The notes beneath the pieces are model-generated. The model saw only the letters and a program-made list of their open reading frames with translations. It was not told the DNA's origin and made no database searches. This document shows, piece after piece, positions 1 through 12,010 of a stretch of 64,000 nt of DNA. This DNA is from Escherichia coli (GTDB lineage: Bacteria; Pseudomonadota; Gammaproteobacteria; Enterobacterales; Enterobacteriaceae). The translations under genes were made by a program, and so were the position numbers. Numbering within the stretch: the first letter of the stretch is position 1; the number at the start of each line of letters is the position of its first letter. The DNA is taken from assembly GCF_002854065.1 (NCBI RefSeq), contig NZ_CP024147.1. One strand, 5' to 3'.

Positions 1-570
1 TCCGGGCAGTTCGAGCTACTGGAGCGCGCCAACCATAAGCTGAAACTCATGGTGCCGATGACACTGATGATCATCTTCGTGCTGTTGTATCTGGCATTCC
101 GTCGGGTGGGCGAAGCGTTGCTGATTATCAGCAGCGTACCGTTTGCGCTGGTGGGCGGCATCTGGTTGCTGTGGTGGATGGGCTTTCATCTTTCTGTGGC
201 GACGGGCATCGGTTTTATTGCCCTTGCCGGGGTCGCCGCCGAATTTGGCGTGGTGATGCTGATGTATTTACGTCACGCCATAGAGGCCGAGCCGTCGTTG
301 AATAATCCGCAAACATTCAGCGAGCAGAAGCTGGATGAGGCGTTGTATCACGGCGCGGTACTGCGCGTGCGCCCGAAAGCGATGACGGTGGCGGTGATTA
401 TCGCTGGTCTGCTGCCGATTCTGTGGGGAACAGGAGCAGGGTCAGAGGTGATGAGCCGGATTGCCGCGCCGATGATTGGCGGCATGATCACCGCGCCTTT
501 GCTGTCGCTGTTTATTATCCCGGCGGCGTATAAGCTGATGTGGCTGCACCGACATCGGGTACGGAAATAA
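1..570 (+). CDS. cusA: Cu(I)/Ag(I) RND efflux pump CusA, C-terminal fragment (5' end lies outside the window)
   Basis: Frame 1 reads without a stop from position 1 ([16 protein letters not shown]...) into the track ORF 49..570; the C-terminal transmembrane segment matches recalled CusA; pheP follows as in E. coli. Confidence 0.85.
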   Translation, partial: SGQFELLERANHKLKLMVPMTLMIIFVLLYLAFRRVGEALLIISSVPFALVGGIWLLWWMGFHLSVATGIGFIALAGVAAEFGVVMLMYLRHAIEAEPSLNNPQTFSEQKLDEALYHGAVLRVRPKAMTVAVIIAGLLPILWGTGAGSEVMSRIAAPMIGGMITAPLLSLFIIPAAYKLMWLHRHRVRK

Positions 571-671
571 AAGCAGGATACCCCGTTTAACCGTGTGGAT
601 TGTGTCTTGCGACGATGGGCACTAAATGTTAAAAGGTGCCCCTCAACAAAAAAGACACACAGGGGAAAGGC

Positions 672-2048
672 GTGAAAAACGCGTCAACCGTATCGGAAGA
701 TACTGCGTCGAATCAAGAGCCGACGCTTCATCGCGGATTACATAACCGTCATATTCAACTGATTGCGCTGGGTGGCGCAATTGGTACTGGTCTGTTTCTT
801 GGCATTGGCCCGGCGATTCAGATGGCGGGTCCGGCTGTATTGCTGGGCTACGGCGTCGCCGGGATCATCGCTTTCCTGATTATGCGCCAGCTTGGCGAAA
901 TGGTGGTTGAGGAGCCGGTATCCGGTTCATTTGCCCACTTTGCCTATAAATACTGGGGACCGTTCGCGGGCTTCCTCTCTGGCTGGAATTACTGGGTGAT
1001 GTTCGTGCTGGTGGGAATGGCAGAGCTGACCGCTGCGGGCATCTATATGCAGTACTGGTTCCCGGATGTTCCAACGTGGATTTGGGCTGCCGCCTTCTTT
1101 ATTATCATCAACGCCGTTAACCTGGTGAACGTGCGCTTATATGGCGAAACCGAGTTCTGGTTTGCGCTGATTAAAGTGCTGGCAATCATCGGTATGATCG
1201 GCTTTGGCCTGTGGCTGCTGTTTTCTGGTCACGGCGGCGAGAAAGCCAGTATCGACAACCTCTGGCGCTACGGTGGTTTCTTCGCCACCGGCTGGAATGG
1301 GCTGATTTTGTCGCTGGCGGTGATTATGTTCTCCTTCGGCGGTCTGGAGCTGATTGGGATTACTGCCGCTGAAGCGCGCGATCCGGAAAAAAGCATTCCA
1401 AAAGCGGTAAATCAGGTGGTGTATCGCATCCTGCTGTTTTACATCGGTTCACTGGTGGTTTTACTGGCGCTCTATCCGTGGGTGGAAGTGAAATCCAACA
1501 GTAGCCCGTTTGTGATGATTTTCCATAATCTCGACAGCAACGTGGTAGCTTCTGCGCTGAACTTCGTCATTCTGGTAGCATCGCTGTCAGTGTATAACAG
1601 CGGGGTTTACTCTAACAGCCGCATGCTGTTTGGCCTTTCTGTACAGGGTAATGCGCCGAAGTTTTTGACTCGCGTCAGCCGTCGCGGCGTGCCGATTAAC
1701 TCGCTGATGCTTTCCGGAGCGATCACTTCGCTGGTGGTGTTAATCAACTATCTGCTGCCGCAAAAAGCGTTTGGTCTGCTGATGGCGCTGGTGGTAGCAA
1801 CGCTGCTGTTGAACTGGATTATGATCTGTCTGGCGCATCTGCGTTTTCGTGCAGCGATGCGACGTCAGGGGCGTGAAACACAGTTTAAGGCGCTGCTCTA
1901 TCCGTTCGGAAACTATCTCTGCATTGCCTTCCTCGGCATGATTTTGCTGCTGATGTGCACGATGGATGATATGCGCTTGTCAGCGATCCTGCTGCCGGTG
2001 TTGATTGTATTCCTGTTTGTGGCATTTAAAACGCTGCGTCGGAAATAA
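672..2048 (+). CDS. pheP: Phenylalanine-specific APC-family permease PheP
   Basis: Track ORF 636..2048; recalled PheP (458 aa) starts MKNASTV, which corresponds to a GTG at 672 preceded by aggggaaagg (ribosome-binding site). Confidence 0.9.
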   Translation: MKNASTVSEDTASNQEPTLHRGLHNRHIQLIALGGAIGTGLFLGIGPAIQMAGPAVLLGYGVAGIIAFLIMRQLGEMVVEEPVSGSFAHFAYKYWGPFAGFLSGWNYWVMFVLVGMAELTAAGIYMQYWFPDVPTWIWAAAFFIIINAVNLVNVRLYGETEFWFALIKVLAIIGMIGFGLWLLFSGHGGEKASIDNLWRYGGFFATGWNGLILSLAVIMFSFGGLELIGITAAEARDPEKSIPKAVNQVVYRILLFYIGSLVVLLALYPWVEVKSNSSPFVMIFHNLDSNVVASALNFVILVASLSVYNSGVYSNSRMLFGLSVQGNAPKFLTRVSRRGVPINSLMLSGAITSLVVLINYLLPQKAFGLLMALVVATLLLNWIMICLAHLRFRAAMRRQGRETQFKALLYPFGNYLCIAFLGMILLLMCTMDDMRLSAILLPVLIVFLFVAFKTLRRK

Positions 2049-2079
2049 GGCATTCACGCTACATCCGACAAAACGATGT

Positions 2080-2113
2080 CCGCTCTCATCCATTCGATGA
2101 GAGCGGTTTTTTT
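2080..2113 (+). terminator. Rho-independent terminator after pheP (hairpin ccgctctcatc...gatgagagcgg plus T-run)
   Basis: Inverted repeat followed by 7 T residues, read directly, between convergent pheP and ybdG. Confidence 0.6.
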
Positions 2114-2115
2114 AA

Positions 2116-3411
<1,296 letters not shown>

Positions 3412-3470
3412 TTATGCAAATCAGGAGAATCTGAGGGGAAATAGCCGGGCAGATGCCCGGCAAGAGAGAA

Positions 3471-4124
3471 TTACACTTCGGTTAAGGTGATGTTTTGCGG
3501 CAGACGAGATTTCGGCAGCGTAGCGTTAAAATCTTCAACGCTGTGATGACCTACCGGAACAACCACCAGACTGGTGTAGCCTTTCTCTTTCAGACCAAAT
3601 TCTGCATCGAGGATGGCGGCGTCAAAACCTTCGATGGGTACCGCGTCCAGACCCAGAGCCGCCACGCCGAGCAGGAAGTTACCGACGTTGAGATAAACCT
3701 GTTTTGCCATCCACTCTGCATCATCATGCAGATCTTTACGGTGCATATCAGCGAAGAACTTGCGACCTTTATCGTTCGCGGCTTTCGCTTCCGGCGTGGC
3801 AAAGCGGCCATCGGCATCTTCCTGGTCAACAACCAGCTTCAGCCAGGCATCGTCCATCGCGGTTTTTGCACAGAACACCACGACGTGCGAGGCATCAAGC
3901 ATTTTACGCTCGTTGAACACGTAATTACCGGCAGCGGATTTGGCAACACGCGCTTTACCTTCTTCCGTGCTGGCAACAATAAAATGCCACGGCTGGGAGT
4001 TGGTGCTGGACGGGCTGTATTGCAGTAGCGTTTTGATCTGCTCGGCCTGTTCCGGGGTAAGTTTTTTGCTGGCATCAAATGCCTTAGTGGAATGACGCTT
4101 TAAGGCGACAGAAATGATATCCAT
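3471..4124 (-). CDS. nfsB: Oxygen-insensitive NAD(P)H nitroreductase NfsB
   Basis: Track ORF 3471..4175; recalled NfsB (217 aa) starts [17 protein letters not shown]. Confidence 0.9.
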   Translation of the reverse strand: MDIISVALKRHSTKAFDASKKLTPEQAEQIKTLLQYSPSSTNSQPWHFIVASTEEGKARVAKSAAGNYVFNERKMLDASHVVVFCAKTAMDDAWLKLVVDQEDADGRFATPEAKAANDKGRKFFADMHRKDLHDDAEWMAKQVYLNVGNFLLGVAALGLDAVPIEGFDAAILDAEFGLKEKGYTSLVVVPVGHHSVEDFNATLPKSRLPQNITLTEV

Positions 4125-4217
4125 AAAGACTCCATGTGTAAGTAATTTTGCGTGCCAGCAGATTACAAGGTTCAACGAGAAATGGTAAGCGAGAAAAATG
4201 CGCTATAGATTTCCGCT

Positions 4218-4586
4218 TTACCCTGGACGCACTCTTTTTTGATCGCGTTTAGCTAAGCCATCAACCACCAGATTCCACGAATCGTTGATCAGATCGCAAA
4301 GTAACGCTGCGGAGATTTCCTCGCCGGGATAAACCGAAATCCAGTGCTTTTTATTCATGTGATACCCTGGCTTAATGCTCGGGTATATCTGCTGATTTAA
4401 CAGGGATTTTTGTGGATCGGACTTCAGATTGATAAACGGAATGCCGCGCATCTCCGACGACAACATAAAAATCTTGCCGCCAATTTTAAAAACATCGAAC
4501 TCCGGGCCAAACGGCCAGCAAAGCTCGACAAAAGGTAGCTCAAGGGCCAGGCGTTTCGCCGTTTCGTGCAGTGATTGCTTATCCAT
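4218..4586 (-). CDS. ybdF: Uncharacterised protein YbdF
   Basis: 122-aa ORF matching recalled YbdF; conserved position between nfsB and ybdJ. Confidence 0.8.
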   Translation of the reverse strand: MDKQSLHETAKRLALELPFVELCWPFGPEFDVFKIGGKIFMLSSEMRGIPFINLKSDPQKSLLNQQIYPSIKPGYHMNKKHWISVYPGEEISAALLCDLINDSWNLVVDGLAKRDQKRVRPG

Positions 4587-4649
4587 AAACTTTCCTTAGG
4601 CGAAGGAGAATAAGCAAAGTATGCCGCGAAGTTCGGCGATAATCGACGT

Positions 4650-4898
4650 TTAATCCGCCAGCGAGAACCAGCGTCGCCAGATAAAGCGCAGAATAAAATA
4701 CTCGATAGCGCCCAGCGCTAAAAACCACAGGCAAAACAATAAAGTGTAAAGCTGGCTAAGATCCATCAGATGGAACGTGGTCACCAGTTTCTGTGCCAAC
4801 GTCAGTCCCAGTGCGGGGGCGGGCAGCAGCAGGCAAGAGAGGAAAGCCATCAGTAAAATGCCTGCTGCGGTGGTCAAGGTTTCTAAAGGGTGTTTCAT
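4650..4898 (-). CDS. ybdJ: Small inner-membrane protein YbdJ
   Basis: 82-aa ORF with two hydrophobic segments, matching recalled YbdJ. Confidence 0.8.
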   Translation of the reverse strand: MKHPLETLTTAAGILLMAFLSCLLLPAPALGLTLAQKLVTTFHLMDLSQLYTLLFCLWFLALGAIEYFILRFIWRRWFSLAD

Positions 4899-4963
4899 AA
4901 CATTGTTAAATGTAAGTTAAAACACCATTGTCAGGGATATTCTTCTGTAAGGCAATTCCCGAC

Positions 4964-6091
<1,128 letters not shown>

Positions 6092-6419
6092 TTATGTTGG
6101 CGTTTTCTATTCAGTATAGAAGTCGGAGCGGCTGGGCGAGATGCGGAAGTTCTGGAATGTTTCTTTTTTTGGTGATGGTGAACTGATGGTGCCTGAAGCA
6201 ATTTGGCTACTTTTGCAATGTGACAAGTTATGGCACGGCTGGCTGGTGGCGAAGAATTTTGACGATTGAGGCATGCAGAAAAAACGGGCTCAGCTTCAGT
6301 TGATTAAATGAGGAGTGAGAAGTCCGAAACAGGATTTACTGTATAAATAAACAGCTATTTTGTTGAGGAAGGGTAAGATAACGGCGGGTGCCTGAAGCTT
6401 TCCGGTTTCAGGTTTACTC

Positions 6420-6495
6420 TGAGGTCTGGAAAGATGAAGCCCCAGGAGATATTTCTATCAACCCTGGGGCTGCCACTCCAAACCAGACAATTTGG
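6420..6495 (-). ncRNA. sokE: Putative Sok-type antisense RNA region for copy 1 (position inferred, not resolved)
   Basis: In hok/sok loci the antisense RNA is transcribed opposite the leader and covers the mok/hok translation-initiation region; placed by analogy only. Confidence 0.3.
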
Positions 6496-6531
6496 ATGGT
6501 AGTTCCTTCTTCGCATGGAGGCAATATAAAC

Positions 6532-6684
6532 ATGCTGACGAAATATGCCCTTGTGGCAGTCATAGTGCTGTGTTTGACGGTACTGGGATTTACGCTTCTG
6601 GTCGGAGACTCGCTGTGTGAGTTTACGGTGAAGGAACGTAATATTGAGTTCAGGGCTGTTCTCGCTTACGAACCGAAGAAGTAG
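6532..6684 (+). CDS. hokE: Hok-family type I toxin (50 aa), copy 1; an in-frame upstream ATG at 6496 gives a 12-codon mok-like extension
   Basis: [50 protein letters not shown] is a Hok-family sequence; the ybdK-entD position is where hokE lies in E. coli. Confidence 0.85.
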   Translation: MLTKYALVAVIVLCLTVLGFTLLVGDSLCEFTVKERNIEFRAVLAYEPKK

Positions 6685-6923
6685 CCGTTGTGCGGGGAGT
6701 AATCCCCGCATATCCGGTTGTCAGGTCAGGATGGTAAGGCACCTGCTTTACACTTTCGCCCGCGGTCAGTGATGGCTGCGGGCGGTTTCGTTTTAAGAGC
6801 AATGATGAGTTTTGCCGACAGAAGTCCGAAACAGGATTCACTGTATAAATAAACAGCTATTTTGCTAAGGAAGGGTAAGATAACGGCGGGTGCCTGAAGC
6901 TTTCCGGTTTCAGGTTAACTCTG

Positions 6924-6998
6924 AGGTTTGGAAAGATGAAGCCCCAGGAGATATTTCTATCAATCCTGGGGCTGCCACTCCGAACCTGAACAACTCGG
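6924..6998 (-). ncRNA. sokE: Putative Sok-type antisense RNA region for copy 2 (position inferred)
   Basis: By analogy with hok/sok architecture; the leader sequence is duplicated along with hok. Confidence 0.3.
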
Positions 6999-7034
6999 AT
7001 GGTAGTCCCTTCTTCGCATGGAGGCAATATAAAC

Positions 7035-7187
7035 ATGCTGACGAAATATGCCCTTGTGGCAGTCATAGTGCTGTGTTTGACGGTGCTGGGATTTACGCTT
7101 CTGGTCGGAGACTCGCTGTGTGAGTTCACCGTAAAGGAACGTAATATTGAGTTTAAGGCTGTTCTCGCTTACGAACCGAAGAAGTAG
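7035..7187 (+). CDS. hokE: Hok-family type I toxin (50 aa), copy 2 (R41K relative to copy 1); in-frame upstream ATG at 6999
   Basis: [50 protein letters not shown]; second unit of the tandem repeat. Confidence 0.85.
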   Translation: MLTKYALVAVIVLCLTVLGFTLLVGDSLCEFTVKERNIEFKAVLAYEPKK

Positions 7188-7308
7188 CCGTTGTGCGGGG
7201 AGCAATCCCCGCATATCCGGTTGTCAGGTCAGAGTGGTAAGGCACCTGCTTTACACTTTCGCCCGCAGTCAGTGATGGCTGCGGGCGAATCGTACCAGAT
7301 GTTGTCAA

Positions 7309-7929
7309 TTAATCGTGTTGGCACAGAGTTATGACTATTTTTTCTTTTATCTGCCAGTGCACAGCAAACATCTCATTCTCACGATGAATGATGATCTGCT
7401 GTTTATTCCAGCTAATTATCTGATAGTCCAGAAAACCTGCATCAGTTTGGATCTCACTTGCCTTAAATGCGCTCTCTTTGGCGGAAAATGCCAGTGTCAG
7501 CGCCAGAGAAAAGGCTAAACCGCAGTCTGCGAGTCGCTCGTGTTCTGCTGGTGTAATAATGTTGTCTGTCAATTCGGTCGCTGTTTGCGCAGAAAAAATT
7601 TCTTCGATATCAACGCCAATCGGTTGACGGGAAACCACGGCTAATGCCGTAGCCCCGCAGTGGCTAATACTGCCGTATACCTCCGCAGGCCACACCGGTT
7701 GGCGTAGCTCGCCGATTGCGGGCACACATTTATAGCCATATTCCCGCAAGGCATAAACAGCAGCGATCCGTCCGGCTAAATGCTCTGTTTTACGTTTACG
7801 TCCAGCGTGTTGCAGTTGTGCGTAGTGCGGCAGCCAGAGTAAATCCTGCTCACAAAAATTCGCCGGATCGAACTCAACAAAATGCAGCGTATGTCCGGCA
7901 AAGGGGAGGGAGGTATGCGTAGTTTTCAT
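7309..7929 (-). CDS. entD: Phosphopantetheinyl transferase EntD (enterobactin synthase component D)
   Basis: Track ORF 7309..8079; recalled EntD (206 aa) starts MKTTHTSLPFAGHTLHF. Confidence 0.9.
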   Translation of the reverse strand: MKTTHTSLPFAGHTLHFVEFDPANFCEQDLLWLPHYAQLQHAGRKRKTEHLAGRIAAVYALREYGYKCVPAIGELRQPVWPAEVYGSISHCGATALAVVSRQPIGVDIEEIFSAQTATELTDNIITPAEHERLADCGLAFSLALTLAFSAKESAFKASEIQTDAGFLDYQIISWNKQQIIIHRENEMFAVHWQIKEKIVITLCQHD

Positions 7930-7966
7930 ATCGACCATATTCGAGACTGATGACAAACGCAAAACT

Positions 7967-8065
7967 GCCTGATGCGCTACGCTTATCAGGCCTACATGGT
8001 CCTGCAATATATTGAATTGGCAAGATTTTTGTAGGCCGGATAAGGCGTTCACGCCGCATCCGGCA
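7967..8065 (+). repeat. REP/BIME elements in the entD-fepA spacer
   Basis: gcctgatgcgctacgcttatcaggcctac and gtaggccggataaggcgttcacgccgcatccggca are canonical E. coli REP palindromes. Confidence 0.75.
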
Positions 8066-8103
8066 TGAACGACGCGCACTTTGTCAACAATCTGACGTTA
8101 GCA

Positions 8104-10344
8104 TCAGAAGTGAGTGTTTACGCTCATATACCACGTACGTCCCGGCTCGTTATAGGTATACGCCCCGGCACCGGCGATATAGTTGGCCCCTGCCAAATCG
8201 CCCGTGGTCTGGGCATTACCCGCACGCCACAAACGTTTGTCGAACAGATTGTCCACGCCGCCGGTCAGACTGACATTCTTCGTCACATCCCACGTCGCGC
8301 TCAGCCCAACAATGCTGTAAGGACTAATTTCTTTGGTTTCCGGTCCAACCGCTGGCTGACCTTTATAGTTGTACTTCTTCGGCTGCTGCTTACCGTACCA
8401 GGTGAAGGTCGTTTGCATCGACAAATCTTCTCGTGCCTGCCAGCTCAGCGTTGAGTTCAACGTATACTCCGGGATGATCGACAAACGGTCGCCCGTGGTT
8501 TTGTTTTCACTCTTCAGCATATAAGTGATGTTATTAGTCCACATCACCGTTTCGCTAACCGGTACGTTTAACGATCCTTCCAGACCTTCAACCACCGCTT
8601 TCGGCACGTTATCCCACTGATAGAGATCGGTGCCGACTGCGTTTTGCCCTACAGCAACATAGCCTGCTTCAATCTTATTGCGATAATCGTTGCGGAACCA
8701 GGTCACACCCGCCAGCCAACCGTCGCGTTTGAACTCCAGACCAATCTCCTTGTTGATGCTGGTTTCTGCTTTCAGGTCATCGTTACCTTGCAGATAGCAG
8801 CCGCCCGCGCTGGCATAGCAGCCCTGGCCTTTACTATAGAGGATATAGTTAGGGTTAGTCTGGTACAGGCTCGGCGCTTTATAAGCACGGGCAATGCCCA
8901 TTTTGAGCGTGAAGTCATCGCCTAAACCTTGCGATATGTTCAGCGCCGGGCTCCAGTTATTGCCGACAATACTGTGATGATCGAAACGCAGCCCCGGCGT
9001 TACGATGGTGCTGTCAGTCAGCTCCATGTTGTTTTCGGCAAACAGCGAGAAAATTTCTGCTTTTGAATACGGGCTACGGTCGGTGGCACTCACGCCATCA
9101 ATAGCGCCACCGGTATTCGTTCCGGTCAGTGCCTGGGTGTTGGAACTTAAGTCCTTCATCCGTTGCTGATTCCACTCCGTACCCAGCGTCAGCGTTTGGT
9201 TAACGAGGAAATCAATCGGCAGGTTAACTTCGCTGTGCAGCATCACGTCATCAAGATCGATATCGACGAAATCCTGTGTCGCTTTTTCGTTAAATTTCCC
9301 TTCGGTGCCACCCGCCAGACCTTCCGGAATACGCGAGTTACGGGTGTGTTCATACTGCACCCAGTTGCTGGTGGTCACGCCGTTATCCCAGCCGCCGTTC
9401 CAGGTCAGCGAGTAGTTCTGGCGATACAGGCGGTTGGTTTCATCGCCATATTTCGAGCGAGTATAGGAGTCAGAGTTGGTGTTCTGGGTATCGCCCGCAT
9501 ACAGGTTACCCTGGCGGCTGTAGCCCGCTTCCAGTTCCAGCGATTGCAATGGTGCGAAGTCCCAGCGCACCACGCCGTTAATATCTTTATTGATCACCCC
9601 TTCGCGCCCGGCTGGTAACGTCGTGGCATACGTTCCGGCACGCGCGGACTGATGGCCCTGGTTGATATCCCACGCGTCAGCCTGAGTTTTGTCGAGGTTG
9701 CCATACAAGCGGAAGCTGAATTCGTCGCCCAGCGGACCGGTCAGGCTAAAGTTAGTGCGTTTGGTGGCACCTTCCTCTTTATGTTCTGGCGCATTGAAAT
9801 ATGCGTCCCAGGAGCCGTGCCACTCGCCGCTGCCTTTTTTGGTAATGATGTTAACCACGCCGCCCGCCGCGCCGTTGCCATAACGCGCAGCTGCCGGACC
9901 ACGCAGAACTTCAATACGTTCAATCATTTCAGGTGGCACCCAGGAGGTATCACCACGGGTATCGCGCTCGCCACGCCAGCCCTGGCGCACCGAGTTACGG
10001 CTGCTTACCGGCTTGCCGTCAATCAAAATCAGCGTGTTTTCCGGACCCATACCGCGAATATCAATCTGTCGGTTATTCCCTCGCTGACCACTGGTGGAGT
10101 TACCGGTCAGGTTAACGCCTGGCATGGTACGGATGATCTCCGACACATCGCGGGCAACGGGGTTTTTGCGGATTTCATCTGCGGTGATGGTCGAAACGCC
10201 AGGCGCCTGTAAGTTCTGCTCGGCGGCGGTAACGACAATGGTATCGTCATGTGAAACAGGAGTATCGGTCGGCTCTTGTGCCTGCGCTACCCCATAAATC
10301 CCCAGATTGACCAACAAGGCCATGGAATGAATCTTCTTGTTCAT
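8104..10344 (-). CDS. fepA: TonB-dependent ferric enterobactin outer-membrane receptor FepA
   Basis: Track ORF 8104..10404; recalled FepA (746 aa) starts MNKKIH with signal peptide ...GVAQA; C-terminal beta-barrel ending in F. Confidence 0.95.
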   Translation of the reverse strand: MNKKIHSMALLVNLGIYGVAQAQEPTDTPVSHDDTIVVTAAEQNLQAPGVSTITADEIRKNPVARDVSEIIRTMPGVNLTGNSTSGQRGNNRQIDIRGMGPENTLILIDGKPVSSRNSVRQGWRGERDTRGDTSWVPPEMIERIEVLRGPAAARYGNGAAGGVVNIITKKGSGEWHGSWDAYFNAPEHKEEGATKRTNFSLTGPLGDEFSFRLYGNLDKTQADAWDINQGHQSARAGTYATTLPAGREGVINKDINGVVRWDFAPLQSLELEAGYSRQGNLYAGDTQNTNSDSYTRSKYGDETNRLYRQNYSLTWNGGWDNGVTTSNWVQYEHTRNSRIPEGLAGGTEGKFNEKATQDFVDIDLDDVMLHSEVNLPIDFLVNQTLTLGTEWNQQRMKDLSSNTQALTGTNTGGAIDGVSATDRSPYSKAEIFSLFAENNMELTDSTIVTPGLRFDHHSIVGNNWSPALNISQGLGDDFTLKMGIARAYKAPSLYQTNPNYILYSKGQGCYASAGGCYLQGNDDLKAETSINKEIGLEFKRDGWLAGVTWFRNDYRNKIEAGYVAVGQNAVGTDLYQWDNVPKAVVEGLEGSLNVPVSETVMWTNNITYMLKSENKTTGDRLSIIPEYTLNSTLSWQAREDLSMQTTFTWYGKQQPKKYNYKGQPAVGPETKEISPYSIVGLSATWDVTKNVSLTGGVDNLFDKRLWRAGNAQTTGDLAGANYIAGAGAYTYNEPGRTWYMSVNTHF

Positions 10345-10512
10345 TGTTTTATTCCTGCATTTTTGCCACGAATTGCAACTGTCGGGCATGGTCGTCCTCA
10401 ACACGACGCATCCCGCTACCGCGAAAACCTTTGATCCTGAAAGACACGCAGTGCAGTTGGTTAATTAATGTCCGCGCTTCCCACGGCGCGCCATTACGCT
10501 ATTGCAAATGCA

Positions 10513-10539
10513 AATAGTTATCAATAATATTATCAATAT
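10513..10539 (+). promoter_or_regulatory. Fur box in the divergent fepA / fes promoter region
   Basis: aatagttatcaataatattatcaatat resembles the Fur consensus GATAATGATAATCATTATC; this region is a known iron-regulated bidirectional promoter. Confidence 0.65.
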
Positions 10540-10586
10540 ATTTCTGCAATCAATGAAAAATTGCACAGTAAACATGGGGTTATGGT

Positions 10587-11789
10587 GTGACGGCGTTAAA
10601 AGTAGGAAGTGAGAGCTGGTGGCAGTCGAAACATGGCCCGGAATGGCAGCGTCTGAATGACGAAATGTTTGAGGTCACTTTCTGGTGGCGTGATCCCCAA
10701 GGTTCTGAAGAATACTCGACGATAAAGCGCGTATGGGTCTACATCACTGGCGTGACTGATCACCATCAGAACAGCCAGCCCCAGTCGATGCAGCGAATTG
10801 CAGGTACTGATGTCTGGCAGTGGACGACACAACTCAATGCCAACTGGCGCGGCAGCTACTGCTTTATTCCCACCGAACGCGATGACATTTTTTCTGCACC
10901 ATCCCCCGATCGCCTCGAATTACGTGAAGGCTGGCGAAAACTATTACCCCAGGCAATAGCCGATCCGCTGAATCCACAAAGCTGGAAAGGCGGGCGAGGG
11001 CACGCTGTTTCTGCACTCGAAATGCCGCAAGCGCCTCTGCAACCGGGATGGGATTGTCCGCAAGCGCCAGAAATACCAGCCAAAGAAATTATCTGGAAAA
11101 GTGAACGGTTGAAAAATTCACGTCGTGTATGGATTTTTACCACCGGCGATGTAACAGCAGAAGAACGCCCGCTGGCAGTTTTGCTCGATGGCGAATTTTG
11201 GGCGCAAAGTATGCCCGTCTGGCCTGTGCTGACTTCGCTGACCCATCGTCAGCAACTTCCTCCCGCCGTGTATGTGTTGATCGACGCTATCGATACCACG
11301 CACCGCGCCCACGAACTGCCGTGTAATGCGGATTTCTGGCTCGCAGTACAGCAAGAGTTATTACCCCTGGTGAAAGCTATTGCCCCTTTTAGCGATCGTG
11401 CCGATCGCACCGTGGTTGCCGGGCAGAGTTTTGGTGGGCTTTCCGCGCTGTATGCCGGACTGCACTGGCCTGAACGCTTTGGCTGTGTATTAAGCCAGTC
11501 AGGATCGTACTGGTGGCCGCATCGGGGCGGGCAGCAAGAGGGCGTGTTACTTGAAAAGCTAAAAGCTGGTGAAGTTAGCGCCGAAGGTCTGCGCATTGTG
11601 CTGGAAGCGGGTATTCGCGAGCCGATGATCATGCGGGCCAATCAGGCGCTGTATACGCAATTACACCCTATAAAAGAATCCATTTTCTGGCGTCAGGTTG
11701 ACGGCGGACATGATGCGCTTTGTTGGCGCGGTGGCTTGATGCAGGGGCTAATCGACCTCTGGCAACCACTTTTCCATGACAGGAGTTGA
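10587..11789 (+). CDS. fes: Enterochelin (ferric enterobactin) esterase Fes
   Basis: 400-aa ORF MTALKVGSESWWQSKHGPEWQRL..., GTG start as given by the track; matches recalled Fes. Confidence 0.9.
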   Translation: MTALKVGSESWWQSKHGPEWQRLNDEMFEVTFWWRDPQGSEEYSTIKRVWVYITGVTDHHQNSQPQSMQRIAGTDVWQWTTQLNANWRGSYCFIPTERDDIFSAPSPDRLELREGWRKLLPQAIADPLNPQSWKGGRGHAVSALEMPQAPLQPGWDCPQAPEIPAKEIIWKSERLKNSRRVWIFTTGDVTAEERPLAVLLDGEFWAQSMPVWPVLTSLTHRQQLPPAVYVLIDAIDTTHRAHELPCNADFWLAVQQELLPLVKAIAPFSDRADRTVVAGQSFGGLSALYAGLHWPERFGCVLSQSGSYWWPHRGGQQEGVLLEKLKAGEVSAEGLRIVLEAGIREPMIMRANQALYTQLHPIKESIFWRQVDGGHDALCWRGGLMQGLIDLWQPLFHDRS

Positions 11790-11791
11790 AT

Positions 11792-12010
11792 ATGGCATTC
11801 AGTAATCCCTTCGATGATCCGCAGGGAGCGTTTTACATTTTGCGCAATGCGCAGGGGCAATTCAGTCTGTGGCCGCAACAATGCGCCTTACCGGCAGGCT
11901 GGGACATTGTGTGTCAGCCGCAGTCACAAGAGTCCTGCCAGCAGTGGCTTGAAGCCCACTGGCGTACTCTGACACCGGCGAATTTCACCCAGTTGCAGGA
12001 GGCACAATGA
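11792..12010 (+). CDS. ybdZ: MbtH-like protein YbdZ (enterobactin synthesis accessory protein)
   Basis: MAFSNPFDDPQGAFYILRNAQGQFSLWP... begins at the ATG at 11792 inside track ORF 11786..12010; 4-nt overlap with the entF start. Confidence 0.9.
   Translation: MAFSNPFDDPQGAFYILRNAQGQFSLWPQQCALPAGWDIVCQPQSQESCQQWLEAHWRTLTPANFTQLQEAQ

Larger units (their letters stand above)
6317..7286 (+). repeat. Tandem direct duplication of a hok/sok-type locus: two units of about 504 bp (about 6317..6820 and 6821..7286)
   Basis: Both units start gaagtccgaaacaggat...ctgtataaataaacagctattttg and end ...ctttacactttcgcccgc(g/a)gtcagtgatggctgcgggcg; near-identical with scattered substitutions, read directly. Confidence 0.85.

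Noticed and set aside
6388-6684. 98-aa in-frame ORF (MPEAFRFQ...) that extends hok upstream, and the mirror-image minus-strand ORFs across both repeat units
   Set aside because: Hok toxins are about 50 aa; the extension is more likely untranslated leader (or a short mok-like frame from the ATG at 6496) than a 98-aa protein. The minus-strand ORFs have no support.
6317-7286. Possibility that the repeated region is a CRISPR array or an IS element
   Set aside because: Only two long (about 504 bp) units with no short repeat-spacer periodicity, no cas genes, no transposase; content is a hok toxin gene with its leader and 3' hairpin.
7309-8079. Longer N-terminally extended versions of known genes in the ORF track (entD 256 aa, fepA 766 aa, fepC 318 aa, dsbG 268 aa, ahpF 531 aa, citF 524 aa, citC 381 aa, citA 572 aa, pagP 194 aa, cspE 97 aa)
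   Set aside because: The track reports the most upstream in-frame start; recalled protein lengths and signal-peptide positions support the internal starts used in the feature list. Exact starts remain unverified without N-terminal or ribosome-profiling data.
9652-10212. 186-aa plus-strand ORF antisense to fepA (and several similar 60-150 aa ORFs opposite fepA, entF, nfsB, cstA)
   Set aside because: All lie within and opposite well-supported genes and lack recognisable features.
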